64,000 bases of DNA from Parcubacteria group bacterium (GTDB lineage: Bacteria > Patescibacteriota > Minisyncoccia > UBA6257 > UBA11618). Below the pieces are notes generated by a model. That model was not told where the DNA came from and searched no databases. It saw only the letters and a list, made by a program, of their open reading frames with translations. A program made the translations under genes and the position numbers. Of the stretch, positions 38,794-49,893 are shown piece after piece; position 1 is the stretch's first letter, and every line of letters starts with the position of its first letter. The DNA lies in assembly GCA_943357895.1 (NCBI GenBank), contig CALRGO010000003.1, positions 15,389 through 79,388 on the forward strand, given 5' to 3'.

Positions 38794-40587
38794 CTAGACT
38801 TTACGGCCGGCGCCCTTTAACTCACGCTTCCTGATGCGGATTGATTTTGGGGTCACCTCTACAAGCTCGTCGTCGCCGATGTATTCAAGTGACTGCTCCA
38901 AGGACATTACGCGCGGCGGAATTAAGTCGTCACTTACGGCTTCCGTCTTTGCACGGAAGTTATTTAACTGCTTTTCGCGGCAGACGTTCACAGATAAATC
39001 ATTATCCTTAGCGTGTTCGCCGCATACCTGCCCTGCGTAGACTTCTACCCCCGGCCCGATAAAGAGCACGCCGCGGTCGCGCGAGTTAAGTAAGCCATAG
39101 GCCGTCGTCGAGCCCGATTCATGTACTACGAGCGAACCATGCTTACCCGCCTCTATGGTTTCCCACTTAGGGAAGTAGCCGGCGAAGAGCGAGTTGATAA
39201 TCCCCTTACCTTTCGTGTCTATTATAAATTCGTTACGGAAGCCGATGAGTCCGCGCGTCGGCACGAAAAAGTGAAAATTAACGATGCCATTATCTACGCT
39301 CATATTGCGCATTTCGCCCTTACGGTTCGAAAGGCGTTCGATAACAATACCCGAATACGTTTCGGGTGCCTCGATCCACACGTCTTCCGCCGGCTCACAC
39401 ATCTTTCCGTCTTCAATCTTCATAATAACCTCGGGGCGCGAAACCTGCAGCTCAAAGCCGTCGCGACGCATTTTTTCTATCAAAATTGCTAAATGTAGTT
39501 CGCCGCGGCCGGAAACCACAAACTGATCCGGCGTGTCGCCCTCGTCAACGCGGAGCGCTACGTCACCATCGAGTTCGCGCATTAGGCGCTCACTGATGTT
39601 GCGCGACGTGCAGTACTGGCCTTCGCGGCCGGCAAACGGCGAATCGTTAACGCTGAAAATCATCTTCACCGTCGGCTTTTCTATGGTGATTGCCGGCAAC
39701 GCTTCAGGATTATCAATATCCGTCACCGTATCACCGATCGTAATGTCGGGAATACCCGAAAGCACGGCTATGTCGCCTGCCACGACCTCCGTGGCATCTA
39801 TCTTACCAAGACCAGAAAACATCATAAGCGAAGTGATCTTCGACTTACGTACCGTGCCGTCGTTTGCGACGATTGCCACCGGCTGAGTTGCCATAATTTT
39901 ACCGCGCGTCACGCGGCCAATACCGATCTTACCCTTATAATTATCGTACGATAAAGAAACTACCATCATCTGGAGCGGACCTTCCGACTGCGCCTTAGGG
40001 GCAGGAATATATTTCATGACCGCGTCGAAAAGCGGTACAAAGTCCGTCATTTTTTCCATCTCTGGCTCAAGGCCCGCCTTACCTAAACGGCCTGCAGCAT
40101 ATACTACGGGGAAATCGAGCTGCTCGTTTGTAGCGCCTAATTCTATAAAAAGCTCTAAAACCTTATCTAACGTGTAGTCGATGCGGGCGTTAACTTTATC
40201 TATTTTATTTACGACGACGATAATTTTATGTCCGATAGCGAGCGCCTTCTTAAGCACGAAGCGCGTTTGTGGCATCGGGCCTTCCTGCGCATCAACTAAT
40301 AAGAGCGATCCGTCTGCCATGTTCAAAACGCGCTCTACCTCGCCGCCGAAGTCGGCGTGGCCGGGAGTATCGATAATATTAATTTTCGCGTCTTTATACT
40401 GCACAGCCGCATTTTTAGAGAAAATGGTAATACCACGCTCACGCTCGATGTCGTTAGAATCCATTATCATTTCCACACCCGCCGACTTCCCTAAATCCGT
40501 ATTCGTCTGCTTTAAAAGACCGTCGACAAGAGTGGTCTTGCCGTGGTCGACGTGGGCGATAATAGCGATATTCCGTATGTCTGCCAT
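38794..40587 (-). CDS. typA: Translational GTPase TypA/BipA
   Basis: [33 protein letters not shown]. Confidence 0.98.
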   Translation of the reverse strand: MADIRNIAIIAHVDHGKTTLVDGLLKQTNTDLGKSAGVEMIMDSNDIERERGITIFSKNAAVQYKDAKINIIDTPGHADFGGEVERVLNMADGSLLLVDAQEGPMPQTRFVLKKALAIGHKIIVVVNKIDKVNARIDYTLDKVLELFIELGATNEQLDFPVVYAAGRLGKAGLEPEMEKMTDFVPLFDAVMKYIPAPKAQSEGPLQMMVVSLSYDNYKGKIGIGRVTRGKIMATQPVAIVANDGTVRKSKITSLMMFSGLGKIDATEVVAGDIAVLSGIPDITIGDTVTDIDNPEALPAITIEKPTVKMIFSVNDSPFAGREGQYCTSRNISERLMRELDGDVALRVDEGDTPDQFVVSGRGELHLAILIEKMRRDGFELQVSRPEVIMKIEDGKMCEPAEDVWIEAPETYSGIVIERLSNRKGEMRNMSVDNGIVNFHFFVPTRGLIGFRNEFIIDTKGKGIINSLFAGYFPKWETIEAGKHGSLVVHESGSTTAYGLLNSRDRGVLFIGPGVEVYAGQVCGEHAKDNDLSVNVCREKQLNNFRAKTEAVSDDLIPPRVMSLEQSLEYIGDDELVEVTPKSIRIRKRELKGAGRKV

Positions 40588-40655
40588 AAAAATAAAAGAG
40601 GGCGTGGCCCTGATTCGTAAATCAGAATACCACGCCCTCTAGTATTATTCAACTG

Positions 40656-41126
40656 CTATTCAACCTTCAATAATTCTATCTCGAACTTCAATGTCGCGTT
40701 CGGGGGAATTTGGCCTCCGGGCGTGCCCGTTTCGCCATAGCCGAGCTCCGAGGGAATAACGAGCGTTCGCTTACCGCCAACTTTCATGCCGGCTACGCCT
40801 TCGTCCCATCCTTTGATTACTTGACCCTCGCCGAGCGTAAAGGAAAACGGCTGGCCGCGGTCCTTCGACGCGTCGAACTTTGTGCCATCCGTAAGCGTTC
40901 CTACGTAATGCACCGTCACTTTCTTGCCCAAAACCGCTTCGGCTCCGGTACCTACTACAACATCCGTCGATTGTAATTCGTTTATCATATCTAACGTTGA
41001 GGTTGCCACAGAATCGTTACCACCCGCAAACGGAAGCGAAGCGGGCGTTCCCGTAAAGCCCAAATATGCGACATATCCCACGAATGCGACGAGTGCCACG
41101 AGCGCGATGCTTAACAGTATTTTCAT
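40656..41126 (-). CDS. Membrane-anchored FKBP-type PPIase
   Basis: VHYVGTL, VIKGWDEG, IPPNATLKFEIEL. Confidence 0.96.
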   Translation of the reverse strand: MKILLSIALVALVAFVGYVAYLGFTGTPASLPFAGGNDSVATSTLDMINELQSTDVVVGTGAEAVLGKKVTVHYVGTLTDGTKFDASKDRGQPFSFTLGEGQVIKGWDEGVAGMKVGGKRTLVIPSELGYGETGTPGGQIPPNATLKFEIELLKVE

Positions 41127-41216
41127 AATTCATTAATGCTATCCGAAGATCGTTAAAATATCAAAAAGAAAAACAGCGGGGATATCCCTGCTGTTTTTCT
41201 AATATGCAATTCAGTC

Positions 41217-42590
41217 TTAGCGATGATTGCGCGATACTGCAGATCCACCGGAGCGCGGACGCGGGCTTGCGAAGCGGCTTGTACCGCCGAATCCCGGTTT
41301 AGATACGGCCCCACGGCCGAAGCCCGCCCCACGCGGCGCATACGCTGCGCGCGGCGCAGTAGAAGCAAAGCGCGAAGAAGGGCGGCTCGAGCCGAAGCGC
41401 GAACGGCCACCTACCTGCGGCTCGTCGTCTGCCACATATACCGGCGTACGGTATGCGGGTAATACTGCCGGCAACTTAGAAACCGCAATCGGCATACGGA
41501 TAAGCCGCTCGATAATCTTTACCTTGTAATACTGGTCGGCAGTGACCAAAGAAACGGCTTTGCCGGCCAAACCTGCGCGGCCGGTGCGGCCGATGCGGTG
41601 CACGTAGTCCTCCGCTTGTTCCGGTAAGTCGTAGTTTACGACAAGCTCAATACCCGTTACGTCGATGCCACGGGCGGCAATATCTGTCGCTACAAGCACG
41701 CGCTTAGCGCCGGACTTAAAGCTATCGAGCGCCTCGCGACGCTGACCGAGCGAACGATTGGAATGAATTTCTGAAGCACCGTGACCCATAACGCGAATAT
41801 TCGCGCACAACTTCTTTGCGCCATGCTTAGTACGGCAAAAGATAAGCACGGGGCCTTTATATTCCATAAGAAGATGCTCGAGTAAACGGTTTTTCTGGTC
41901 TTTCGTGACCACGAAGATTTCTTGATCCATACGGTCGGCAATGGTACCGGCGCGTGCGATTTCGATACGCAAGGGCGTCTGCATATGGCGCGACGCTAGC
42001 GTAAAGATTTCTTGCGGCATGGTTGCCGAGAATAACAACGTTTGGCGCTCGCTAGGCAACGTAGAAATAATATCCTTGATCTGCGGCAAGAAGCCCATGT
42101 CGAACATATGGTCTGCCTCGTCTAAAACTAAGATCGCAACCGTATCGCCCTTAAACGTACCCTGCGATAAGTGGTCGTTAATGCGCCCTGGCGTACCGAT
42201 AATAACGTGCGGGCCGCGGCGGATAGAACCGAGCTGCGGGCCCATGGCCGCGCCGCCGATAAGAAGCGCCGTGCGCACGCCCAAAGGACCACCAACCTTA
42301 ATAAAGGTCTCTTCGACCTGCGCCGCGAGTTCGCGGGTAGGCACGACGACGAGCCCAATTTTGCCTTTCATCTCCATAAGGCGCTGCAACATCGGCACGG
42401 CGAACGCGAGCGTTTTACCCGTACCGGTCTGGGCTATTCCCACGACATCCTTTCCCTCGATCGACGGCAAGATAGCCTTCTGCTGAATCAGCGTAGGCGT
42501 CGTGTAATGCAACTTTTTAAGCACCTCTAAAATCTCGGACGAAATGCCGAGATTTTCAAATATAACTCCCCCTTCTTGTGTGTTTTCCAT
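41217..42590 (-). CDS. DEAD-box RNA helicase
   Basis: AQTGTGKT, PTRELA, DEAD, SAT, HRIGRTGR; R/G-rich tail. Confidence 0.97.
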   Translation of the reverse strand: MENTQEGGVIFENLGISSEILEVLKKLHYTTPTLIQQKAILPSIEGKDVVGIAQTGTGKTLAFAVPMLQRLMEMKGKIGLVVVPTRELAAQVEETFIKVGGPLGVRTALLIGGAAMGPQLGSIRRGPHVIIGTPGRINDHLSQGTFKGDTVAILVLDEADHMFDMGFLPQIKDIISTLPSERQTLLFSATMPQEIFTLASRHMQTPLRIEIARAGTIADRMDQEIFVVTKDQKNRLLEHLLMEYKGPVLIFCRTKHGAKKLCANIRVMGHGASEIHSNRSLGQRREALDSFKSGAKRVLVATDIAARGIDVTGIELVVNYDLPEQAEDYVHRIGRTGRAGLAGKAVSLVTADQYYKVKIIERLIRMPIAVSKLPAVLPAYRTPVYVADDEPQVGGRSRFGSSRPSSRFASTAPRAAYAPRGAGFGRGAVSKPGFGGTSRFASPRPRSGGSAVSRNHR

Positions 42591-42776
42591 AACAATTCCT
42601 ACCTAGTCGTCACAAAAACATATGCTTTTGCAAGATAAGCCGCCTTCCCTTTAATTAATTCGTTAGGGGCGAGCTCTATACGACATGTGACCCGATACCG
42701 GTCGGCATGTCGTTACGTGAACGAAAGCGCGGTCCAAGTCCTTAGTAGTGGGTGTACTATATAACGGAAGCCTACC

Positions 42777-43235
42777 TTATGTCAAGTCAGTTATGATATC
42801 CGCGGCGTGCGTTTCAGGCTTCACGTTTTCGTAAATCTTTTCGATAACGCCTTCAGGGCTTATTAAAAACGACGTGCGGAGCGTGCCCATATACTCTCGC
42901 CCCATAAACTTTTTCTTCGCCCATACGCCATATTTCCCCACAACCTCCTTGTTTTCATCAGATAAGAGCGTGAAGGATAGTCCATATTTTTGAGCGAACT
43001 TAACGTGGCTTTTAACAGGATCGACGCTTACGCCGAGCACTACTACACCGAGCGTGCCAAAATCTGGCAACATCTCCTCTATACCGCACGCCTGCTTCGT
43101 GCAACCTTCCGTATCGTCCTTGGGGTAGAAATATAAAAGTACGCGTTTACCCGCGTAATCCGCGAGATTATGAATAGCGCTGTTTTGGTCCGGCAGCGAA
43201 AATAACGGGGCTTTTTCTCCTATGGAAAGTTTCAT
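42777..43235 (-). CDS. bcp: Peroxiredoxin Bcp
   Basis: YFYPKDDTEGCTKQAC. Confidence 0.95.
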   Translation of the reverse strand: MKLSIGEKAPLFSLPDQNSAIHNLADYAGKRVLLYFYPKDDTEGCTKQACGIEEMLPDFGTLGVVVLGVSVDPVKSHVKFAQKYGLSFTLLSDENKEVVGKYGVWAKKKFMGREYMGTLRTSFLISPEGVIEKIYENVKPETHAADIITDLT

Positions 43236-43277
43236 ACCGTAATAGTACTATAAGCACATATGAATTACCTCCTACAC

Positions 43278-44480
43278 ATGCGCACCCGCACGTGGATTAT
43301 CATCCTCGTTATCGCCATCGCCCCACTCTACGGCGAATACCGGTATATCGGCGCTAAAAATACAACTGTGACGCCAACCGAAACCGCCACGAGCACCGTT
43401 ACACAAATAGAAAACTCTATCACGGCGGTCGGGTCCGTTGTCCCCTTAAAAAGGGCGGATACCGGCTTTAAGCGCGCGGGTATTGTGGTATCACTCCCCT
43501 ATGCTATAGGGGCACGCGTTACGGAGGGCGCTGTCATTGGCACGCTCGACGCAAGCGAAGCACAGGCTGACCTCACAAAAGCTAAAAGCGATGTCCTTGC
43601 CGCGCGCGCTGAATTAACCAAAGCCGAAACTATTCTCGCTAATTACGAAAGCCAAAAAGGCACGGTAACGAGCCAAGCGTACGCAAAGGCGGAAGATGCC
43701 GTGCGTAAGCAACTCGACCCATTATTTATGGACGACGATACTACCCCCCGCCTTACCTTCCAAGCCAAGGACTCGCAGGTAGAAAATGATATCTATACCG
43801 CCCGCGGCGCGGCAGGTCGCTCGATTACCGCATGGCAAAAAATTCTTGCAAGCGGAGACCTCATAGACACAACGAAGCGTCTGACTGATATCCGCGCCCT
43901 GCTCTACCTCGCACAGAATGCCCTTACCGCACAGGCAAGCCTCGACGCAACGACGCTCGCCGCTTACAAAGCCGCCGTTACCGCAGGCCTCGACGAAACG
44001 AACGCAGCGATAGCCTCCGTGAGCGACCTTACGCAAAAACTACGCGCGCAGGCGGCGGATATACAAACGCAAGAGGCACGTATCGTAAGTGCCGACGCTT
44101 CTGTGGCGCAATCATATGCACGTCTTGACCAATCATATCTCCGCGCACCCTTTGCGGGAATAATTACCGACAAGAAAACCGAAATCGGCCAGTTTATCGG
44201 CGCAGGGCAAGCGGCATTCTCGCTTTCGGGGACCGCGTTCGAAATACAGTCTGATATTCCGGAGGCCTATATCGGTAAAATCCGTTCGGGCATGCCGGTA
44301 ACCATCCTCCTCGACGCCTACGCAGACGAAACTATTAAAGGGACTATAACATCCGTCGAGCCCGCCGGCCGCCTGATTAACGACGTCATCTACTACCGTA
44401 TTACAATTTCCGTAAGCAACGGAAAGTATGGCGCATTCTTAAAAAATGGACTCACCGCGAATATTACTATCACACCATGA
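43278..44480 (+). CDS. MacA-like membrane fusion (adaptor) protein
   Basis: Lipoyl half-motifs, coiled coil, LRAPFAG. Confidence 0.85.
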   Translation: MRTRTWIIILVIAIAPLYGEYRYIGAKNTTVTPTETATSTVTQIENSITAVGSVVPLKRADTGFKRAGIVVSLPYAIGARVTEGAVIGTLDASEAQADLTKAKSDVLAARAELTKAETILANYESQKGTVTSQAYAKAEDAVRKQLDPLFMDDDTTPRLTFQAKDSQVENDIYTARGAAGRSITAWQKILASGDLIDTTKRLTDIRALLYLAQNALTAQASLDATTLAAYKAAVTAGLDETNAAIASVSDLTQKLRAQAADIQTQEARIVSADASVAQSYARLDQSYLRAPFAGIITDKKTEIGQFIGAGQAAFSLSGTAFEIQSDIPEAYIGKIRSGMPVTILLDAYADETIKGTITSVEPAGRLINDVIYYRITISVSNGKYGAFLKNGLTANITITP

Positions 44481-45730
44481 GCTTAGGACCCGTTTTCCGC
44501 GTAGCGTTTTTTATAGCGCTCCGTGACACCGTGCGCGGCAACCGCTGGGCGTCCGCACTCACAATACTTCTTATAACGCTCACGTTCGTGAACCTCGTTA
44601 TCGTAGGCGGCGTTCTCGTAGGCCTTATCGAAAGCTCGAGCCTTGCAAACCGCGTGCGCCATTCTTCAGACATCTTGCTTTCCACCCCCGCCTCGAAATC
44701 GTATATAGAACAAAGCGCCGCTATTATATCGCTCATCGAACGAACTGACGGCGTTGTAAAATATTCCGCTCGCTATGCCGAGCCGGCAACCATAACCGCC
44801 GGATATAAAACGAAGCTCAACCCGAAAGACGTCGAAGACTACGCGCGCGCCGTCGTCGCAGGTATCGACCCTGTGCGCGAAAATGACTTAACAGGAATTG
44901 CGGAAAAAGTCGTCGAAGGACGCTTTTTAAAACCCAACGAATTCGGCGCTATCGTGCTCGGCTCGAACCTCCTCTATAAATATATCCCTATCGACTCGCC
45001 GGGATTGCAGACGCTCGACATAAAAGGCGTGGGAGAGAAAGTACGCTTAACGGTAGGTGGTAATAATAAAGAACTCACAGTCGTCGGCATCATAAAAAGC
45101 AAGGTGGGCGAGATAGACCAGCGTATGTTTATGAACGGGGCAGAACTACGCCCTTTGATACGCCGAAACGACCTGAACGTAGACGAGATAGCCGTACAAG
45201 TTACGGACGACGCGGCTATTGCAAGCGTTAAGGCTGCGCTTATTGCAGGAGGCGCCGGAAAATTCGCCCGTATACAAACATGGGAAGAAGCCCAGCCGAA
45301 ATTTATACAAGACATTAAGAACACCTTCGCGATACTCGGCAACATCATCGGCTCGGTGGGCGTCGTCGCTTCGTCCATTACCATTTTTATTATCGTTTTC
45401 GTCTCCGCTATCGTCCGCCGTAAACAGATCGGCATCTTAAAGGCTATTGGCATCAACTCGAACGCCATCGAGCTCGCGTACGCCATGCAATCGGTCTTCT
45501 ACGGCATTGTGGGCATTACCCTCGGCATGGTTATTAGCTTTCTCGTCATCAAGCCGTACGTCGATTTGCACCCCATCAACTTCCCGTTTAGTGACGGCAT
45601 TATAGCCACTACGTGGCCCTCGACTATCGCGCGCATCGTAGCGCTCTTTGCCGCAACGTTATTTGCCGGCTACATTCCCGCAAAACTTATTGTGCGCAAA
45701 AATACTATTGATGCCATTTTAGGCAGATAA
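44477..45730 (+). CDS. FtsX/MacB-like ABC permease
   Basis: RRKQIGILKAIG, large extracytoplasmic loop. Confidence 0.9.
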   Translation: MSLGPVFRVAFFIALRDTVRGNRWASALTILLITLTFVNLVIVGGVLVGLIESSSLANRVRHSSDILLSTPASKSYIEQSAAIISLIERTDGVVKYSARYAEPATITAGYKTKLNPKDVEDYARAVVAGIDPVRENDLTGIAEKVVEGRFLKPNEFGAIVLGSNLLYKYIPIDSPGLQTLDIKGVGEKVRLTVGGNNKELTVVGIIKSKVGEIDQRMFMNGAELRPLIRRNDLNVDEIAVQVTDDAAIASVKAALIAGGAGKFARIQTWEEAQPKFIQDIKNTFAILGNIIGSVGVVASSITIFIIVFVSAIVRRKQIGILKAIGINSNAIELAYAMQSVFYGIVGITLGMVISFLVIKPYVDLHPINFPFSDGIIATTWPSTIARIVALFAATLFAGYIPAKLIVRKNTIDAILGR

Positions 45731-45734
45731 AACT

Positions 45735-46415
45735 ATGGCGCTTATACAGGCAGAGCAACTGACTAAAAAATACCAAGACGGCGAGACGGTTATTACCGCG
45801 CTCGGCGGCGTATCGCTGTCTATCGAGCACGGCGAATTCGTCGCGATTACCGGCCGCTCAGGGTCAGGTAAGAGTACGCTCTTTCACCAACTAGGACTCA
45901 TCGACAACCCCACGAGCGGCTCGCTTATGGTAGATGGCACGGATGCCTTGCGACTTACCGAAAAACAAAAGACGGGCTTTCGCCTTAAACACATCGGCTA
46001 TATCTTCCAAGACTTCGCTTTAATCCCCACGCTTACGGCGCTTGAAAACGTAGTGCTCCCGCTTTTAATGGCAGGCGTACCGCATGCGAAAGCCAATGAA
46101 ATTGCCGCCGCTACTTTAGCATCTGTCGGCCTCGAAGGCCGCGGCAAACACTTACCGAGCGAACTCTCGGGTGGTCAACAGCAACGCGTATCTATTGCCC
46201 GCGCCATAAGCCACAACCCAGCTTTGATATTAGCTGACGAGCCGACGGCAAACTTAGATCACGAATCATCCATACGCATCATGGGCATATTCAAAGCGCT
46301 CCGCGACCGCGGTATTACGGTAGTGATGATCACGCACGAAAACGAATACGCTAAAATGACGGACCGCGTCATCACCTTATTCGACGGCGTGATAGAAAAA
46401 GAAGAACGGAATTAA
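45735..46415 (+). CDS. ABC ATPase (MacB/LolD type)
   Basis: GRSGSGKST, LSGGQQQRV, DEPTANLD. Confidence 0.95.
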   Translation: MALIQAEQLTKKYQDGETVITALGGVSLSIEHGEFVAITGRSGSGKSTLFHQLGLIDNPTSGSLMVDGTDALRLTEKQKTGFRLKHIGYIFQDFALIPTLTALENVVLPLLMAGVPHAKANEIAAATLASVGLEGRGKHLPSELSGGQQQRVSIARAISHNPALILADEPTANLDHESSIRIMGIFKALRDRGITVVMITHENEYAKMTDRVITLFDGVIEKEERN

Positions 46416-46690
46416 TTCCCCCTCTTACTTTTCCAGTTATAAATTGAAGCGAGTACACGGCCGATAGCATAGCCCACACAAAAACCTAAAACGACGAGCG
46501 CTACGGCACCGCCGAACGAAAACGGCTGAACTACCACGTCCATCTTTATGAAATGGAGCGCGAGACGAAAATTGACGAGCGCCTGCATCACGTCGGGCAT
46601 AAGCCACATCCCTAACGCCAAAAGAGTATGTAGTGTCGCTACTACCGTACCGACGGCGAACCCCGCCGCATTTTTATTTAATGTATGCAT
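46412..46690 (-). CDS. Small membrane protein
   Basis: Two hydrophobic helices; TATACT 7 nt before the ATG. Confidence 0.75.
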   Translation of the reverse strand: MHTLNKNAAGFAVGTVVATLHTLLALGMWLMPDVMQALVNFRLALHFIKMDVVVQPFSFGGAVALVVLGFCVGYAIGRVLASIYNWKSKRGN

Positions 46691-46710
46691 GATTAGAGTA
46701 TAGCAAGACG

Positions 46711-47667
46711 CTACACCGTAATCGAGTTCAAAAGCTTCTTGATATCCGCAAGCGACGCGTCGTCAAGCACGGAAATAGGAAGGATCTCCCGCTTAAGCGA
46801 CTTCAATGATTTAATAATTTCTTTAAGACGCTTTTCGTCAACATTATCCGTACGGGAAATAATTATGAATTCCGGCTTTTCGAGAAGTCCGGCGCTATGC
46901 GCACCAAGTTCCGCACGGATCACCTTATAGTCGGCTAACGGGTCGACAGCTGCCGCATCGATAAAGTGAAATAAAATACGCGTGCGCTCTATGTGCCGCA
47001 AAAACTTAATACCAAGCCCTTTGCCGGTCGAGGCGCCTTCGATGATACCCGGAATATCCGCAATCACCACGCCGTAATACATACCGAGGTGTGGCTCGAG
47101 CGTAGTAAACGCATAATCCGCAACCGGACTTTGCGCATTCGTAACCGCGTTCAAAAAGCTCGACTTGCCGACGTTCGGCAAACCGACGAGCCCCACGTCT
47201 GCAATAAGCTTAAGCTCGAGTTCGAGCGTAGACCCTTCGCCCACTAAACCTGCTTCCGCCCCCTTGGGCGTTGTATTAGTTGGCGAACGGAAGTGGAAGT
47301 TGCCTCTACCACCTACGCCGCCTTTCGCGACTAAGAGCCGCTGGCCGACGGTCGCGAGTTCGCACCACGTATTAGTGATTAAGTTCTTTACAAACGTACC
47401 GCGCGGCACAACAAGGGTAAGTTCTTTACCACGGTGCCCGTCGCGAAAGGACGAGCGCCCTGGCCGGCCATCGTCTGCCTTAAATGACTTTATGCGACGG
47501 TATTTACGAAGCGCACCTAAATCCGCCACCGCCTCCAAATAAATATCGCCCCCGTTGCCGCCACTGCCGCCGGTGGGCCCGAGCATCATCTTTACGCCAT
47601 TGAACGCAACAACACCGTCACCACCACGGCCCGCCTTCACCTTGATTATCGCGGTATCTATAAACAT
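46711..47667 (-). CDS. obgE: GTPase Obg
   Basis: Gly-rich Obg domain, GLPNVGKSS, FTTLEP, DIPG. Confidence 0.95.
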   Translation of the reverse strand: MFIDTAIIKVKAGRGGDGVVAFNGVKMMLGPTGGSGGNGGDIYLEAVADLGALRKYRRIKSFKADDGRPGRSSFRDGHRGKELTLVVPRGTFVKNLITNTWCELATVGQRLLVAKGGVGGRGNFHFRSPTNTTPKGAEAGLVGEGSTLELELKLIADVGLVGLPNVGKSSFLNAVTNAQSPVADYAFTTLEPHLGMYYGVVIADIPGIIEGASTGKGLGIKFLRHIERTRILFHFIDAAAVDPLADYKVIRAELGAHSAGLLEKPEFIIISRTDNVDEKRLKEIIKSLKSLKREILPISVLDDASLADIKKLLNSITV

Positions 47668-47676
47668 GGCTTCGTA

Positions 47677-49143
47677 TTAAAAGGCGCCCAAGTCGAGCGT
47701 TTCGTCGAATTTTATTTGCTCGGTAAACTCGGCCATGTGGCTTACGACGATAAGCGCGCCCTGATATTCATCGAGCGCCTTAGCAATAATCGGTAAATGG
47801 CGGAAGTTGATGTGGTTTGTGGGCTCGTCTAAAATCAACAAGCTCGGCTGCTGCGCCATAAAGCGCGCGAAGCATAAAAGGCCTTTTTGCCCTTCTGATA
47901 AGGAACCGACGTGATTACGGAGTAATGCGTCGTCGAATAAGAAGCGCGATGCGCACGAGCGAAGCTCTTCTTCACTACCCTGCTTCATTACCGACAAGAG
48001 AGATTCGAATACCGTTTTCGATTCGTCGAGTGCCGAAAAGTCCTGTGCGTAGTAGCCAAGCGTTACGCCGTCGCCAAATTCCACGTCTTTAGCTTCACCC
48101 GCCGCAAGCTTTTTCAAGAAGGTAGTCTTACCCACGCCATTCGGGCCGCTGATTAAAAGTGCCTGACCTTTCTTAAGCGTCACATTCGTCTTCTTCGAAA
48201 CCGATTTGCCGTTCTTTACAATAGAAACAGCGCCGAGCTTCACGATAGGCCCCACAATATCGGGCGACGGAATGCGGAACTGCGCGATAGTCTTGTCTTC
48301 GTGCCGCATCTCCACCAACTGCTCTTCAAGCTCTTCAATTGCCTCGCGCATTTTACGCGCCACGTCACGCATATGGCCGCCCTTCTGCGCAAAAAAGTTC
48401 ATCTGGTCTTTGCGGTTAGAAATATCACGTTCTAAACGGGCGTTCTCACGGCGCTCACGGTCGATCTGCAAACGAATTTCCTCGACCACCTTCAAGTAGT
48501 CGCCTACGTACTGCTCGATTTTTTGCTTATAAATATCTAAATACAAAACGCCTTGCGTAAACGCGTTCAAAAACTGGGCATCGTGCGAAATAACGATAAC
48601 CGTCTTTTCATATTCCACGAGGAACTTTGTAAGGTGGGCAATACCCGCCTTGTCGAGGTTGTTCGTCGGCTCGTCGAGTAATAAAATATCGGGGTTTTGG
48701 ATAAGGGCGAAGGCTAAAAGCAAACGCGCCTGTTCGCCGCCCGAAAACTGACTGACTTTCTTTTCGATGGGCGCCGTAAGGTTAACGGCATCAAGTGCCT
48801 TTTTGGCGCGCGGCTCTATGTCATACACTTTCTGCTTAAAGGCGCCCTGAAAGAAATCGAGTACGGTCTTTTCCAAATCCTCGCGAGCGACCACCTGCGC
48901 GGCAATGGCGATTGAGGCGCCTTTGCGGATGTTCACCGCGCCTTCGTTCAACTTCAACTGCCCTAAGACCATTTCGAAGATGGTGGACTTGCCGGAGCCG
49001 TTTTGCCCCATAAGGGCGACTTTTGCCCGCTCACGCACGGCAAAATTAACCTCATCGAGTATCGGCCGGCGCTCGTTGTACGCAAACGACGCATCGCTAA
49101 AGCGAAGTATTACGTCGCCGTGGTTGTATTGTATCTGCGCCAT
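47677..49143 (-). CDS. ABC-F family ATPase
   Basis: Two ABC cassettes with DEPTN, inter-domain linker, no TM helices. Confidence 0.93.
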   Translation of the reverse strand: MAQIQYNHGDVILRFSDASFAYNERRPILDEVNFAVRERAKVALMGQNGSGKSTIFEMVLGQLKLNEGAVNIRKGASIAIAAQVVAREDLEKTVLDFFQGAFKQKVYDIEPRAKKALDAVNLTAPIEKKVSQFSGGEQARLLLAFALIQNPDILLLDEPTNNLDKAGIAHLTKFLVEYEKTVIVISHDAQFLNAFTQGVLYLDIYKQKIEQYVGDYLKVVEEIRLQIDRERRENARLERDISNRKDQMNFFAQKGGHMRDVARKMREAIEELEEQLVEMRHEDKTIAQFRIPSPDIVGPIVKLGAVSIVKNGKSVSKKTNVTLKKGQALLISGPNGVGKTTFLKKLAAGEAKDVEFGDGVTLGYYAQDFSALDESKTVFESLLSVMKQGSEEELRSCASRFLFDDALLRNHVGSLSEGQKGLLCFARFMAQQPSLLILDEPTNHINFRHLPIIAKALDEYQGALIVVSHMAEFTEQIKFDETLDLGAF

Positions 49144-49245
49144 ACTATGAGAAAATTATAATAACACGATTTTCTGCATAAAAAAAGCCTCGGGCGTACA
49201 TGATACACACCAAAGGCTAAAAGCACGTCCATTAAAAAACAACGT

Positions 49246-49815
49246 CTATACTTGAGCACCCTTAAAGAATTGCGCGTTGATGAAAATGGCAGATGCCACC
49301 ATAATCGCCTGCTGCGTAACATCCTCACGGGTTACTGCATTATTCGTTACAACGCCAACATAGCCCTCTTTTTGAGCAACGTCGTCCCGAGAAAGAAGAT
49401 CGTTCATAATACAACCCAAGCCGCTTTTGTCTTTCACAATCCGATCAACGATGTACTGAGGGGTAAGGCAGCCGGCGCTCGAGGCAAGTCCCTCCTCACG
49501 GCTATCCTTATTAAGGATAGCCACCCATGTGCGATCAAACCAACGCCCACCGCCATATGAAATACGACATAGACCCGCTTCCACACCAATGGAATAATCG
49601 GCATCAGGCACTAATCGCAATGCAGTTGCGGCACGATTAATTGCCCCCTGAACACATTCATTGTCGCTCATCGGTTGAGGCGCAATACCAGAATTGCACG
49701 CAAAGCCAAGAACCTGCAATTCGCAAAAAACACCGAACAGTCGCTGAAATGCAGCTTGCACGGCATCAATCTTTACGGGATTAGAAGACCCAACGACTAT
49801 CTTTATACGCTTCAC
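49246..49815 (-). CDS. Inosine/xanthosine triphosphatase (YjjX/DUF84)
   Basis: GSSNPVK, SGIAPQP, GAINRA, GVEAG; SD GGAGG. Confidence 0.9.
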   Translation of the reverse strand: MKRIKIVVGSSNPVKIDAVQAAFQRLFGVFCELQVLGFACNSGIAPQPMSDNECVQGAINRAATALRLVPDADYSIGVEAGLCRISYGGGRWFDRTWVAILNKDSREEGLASSAGCLTPQYIVDRIVKDKSGLGCIMNDLLSRDDVAQKEGYVGVVTNNAVTREDVTQQAIMVASAIFINAQFFKGAQV

Positions 49816-49893
49816 GAAACACCTCCGTTTCTGGGTGAAAAAATTTCAATGAGCCACGCGTATAACCTACTCCCCTTTCTTTTTCAGTTCAAG

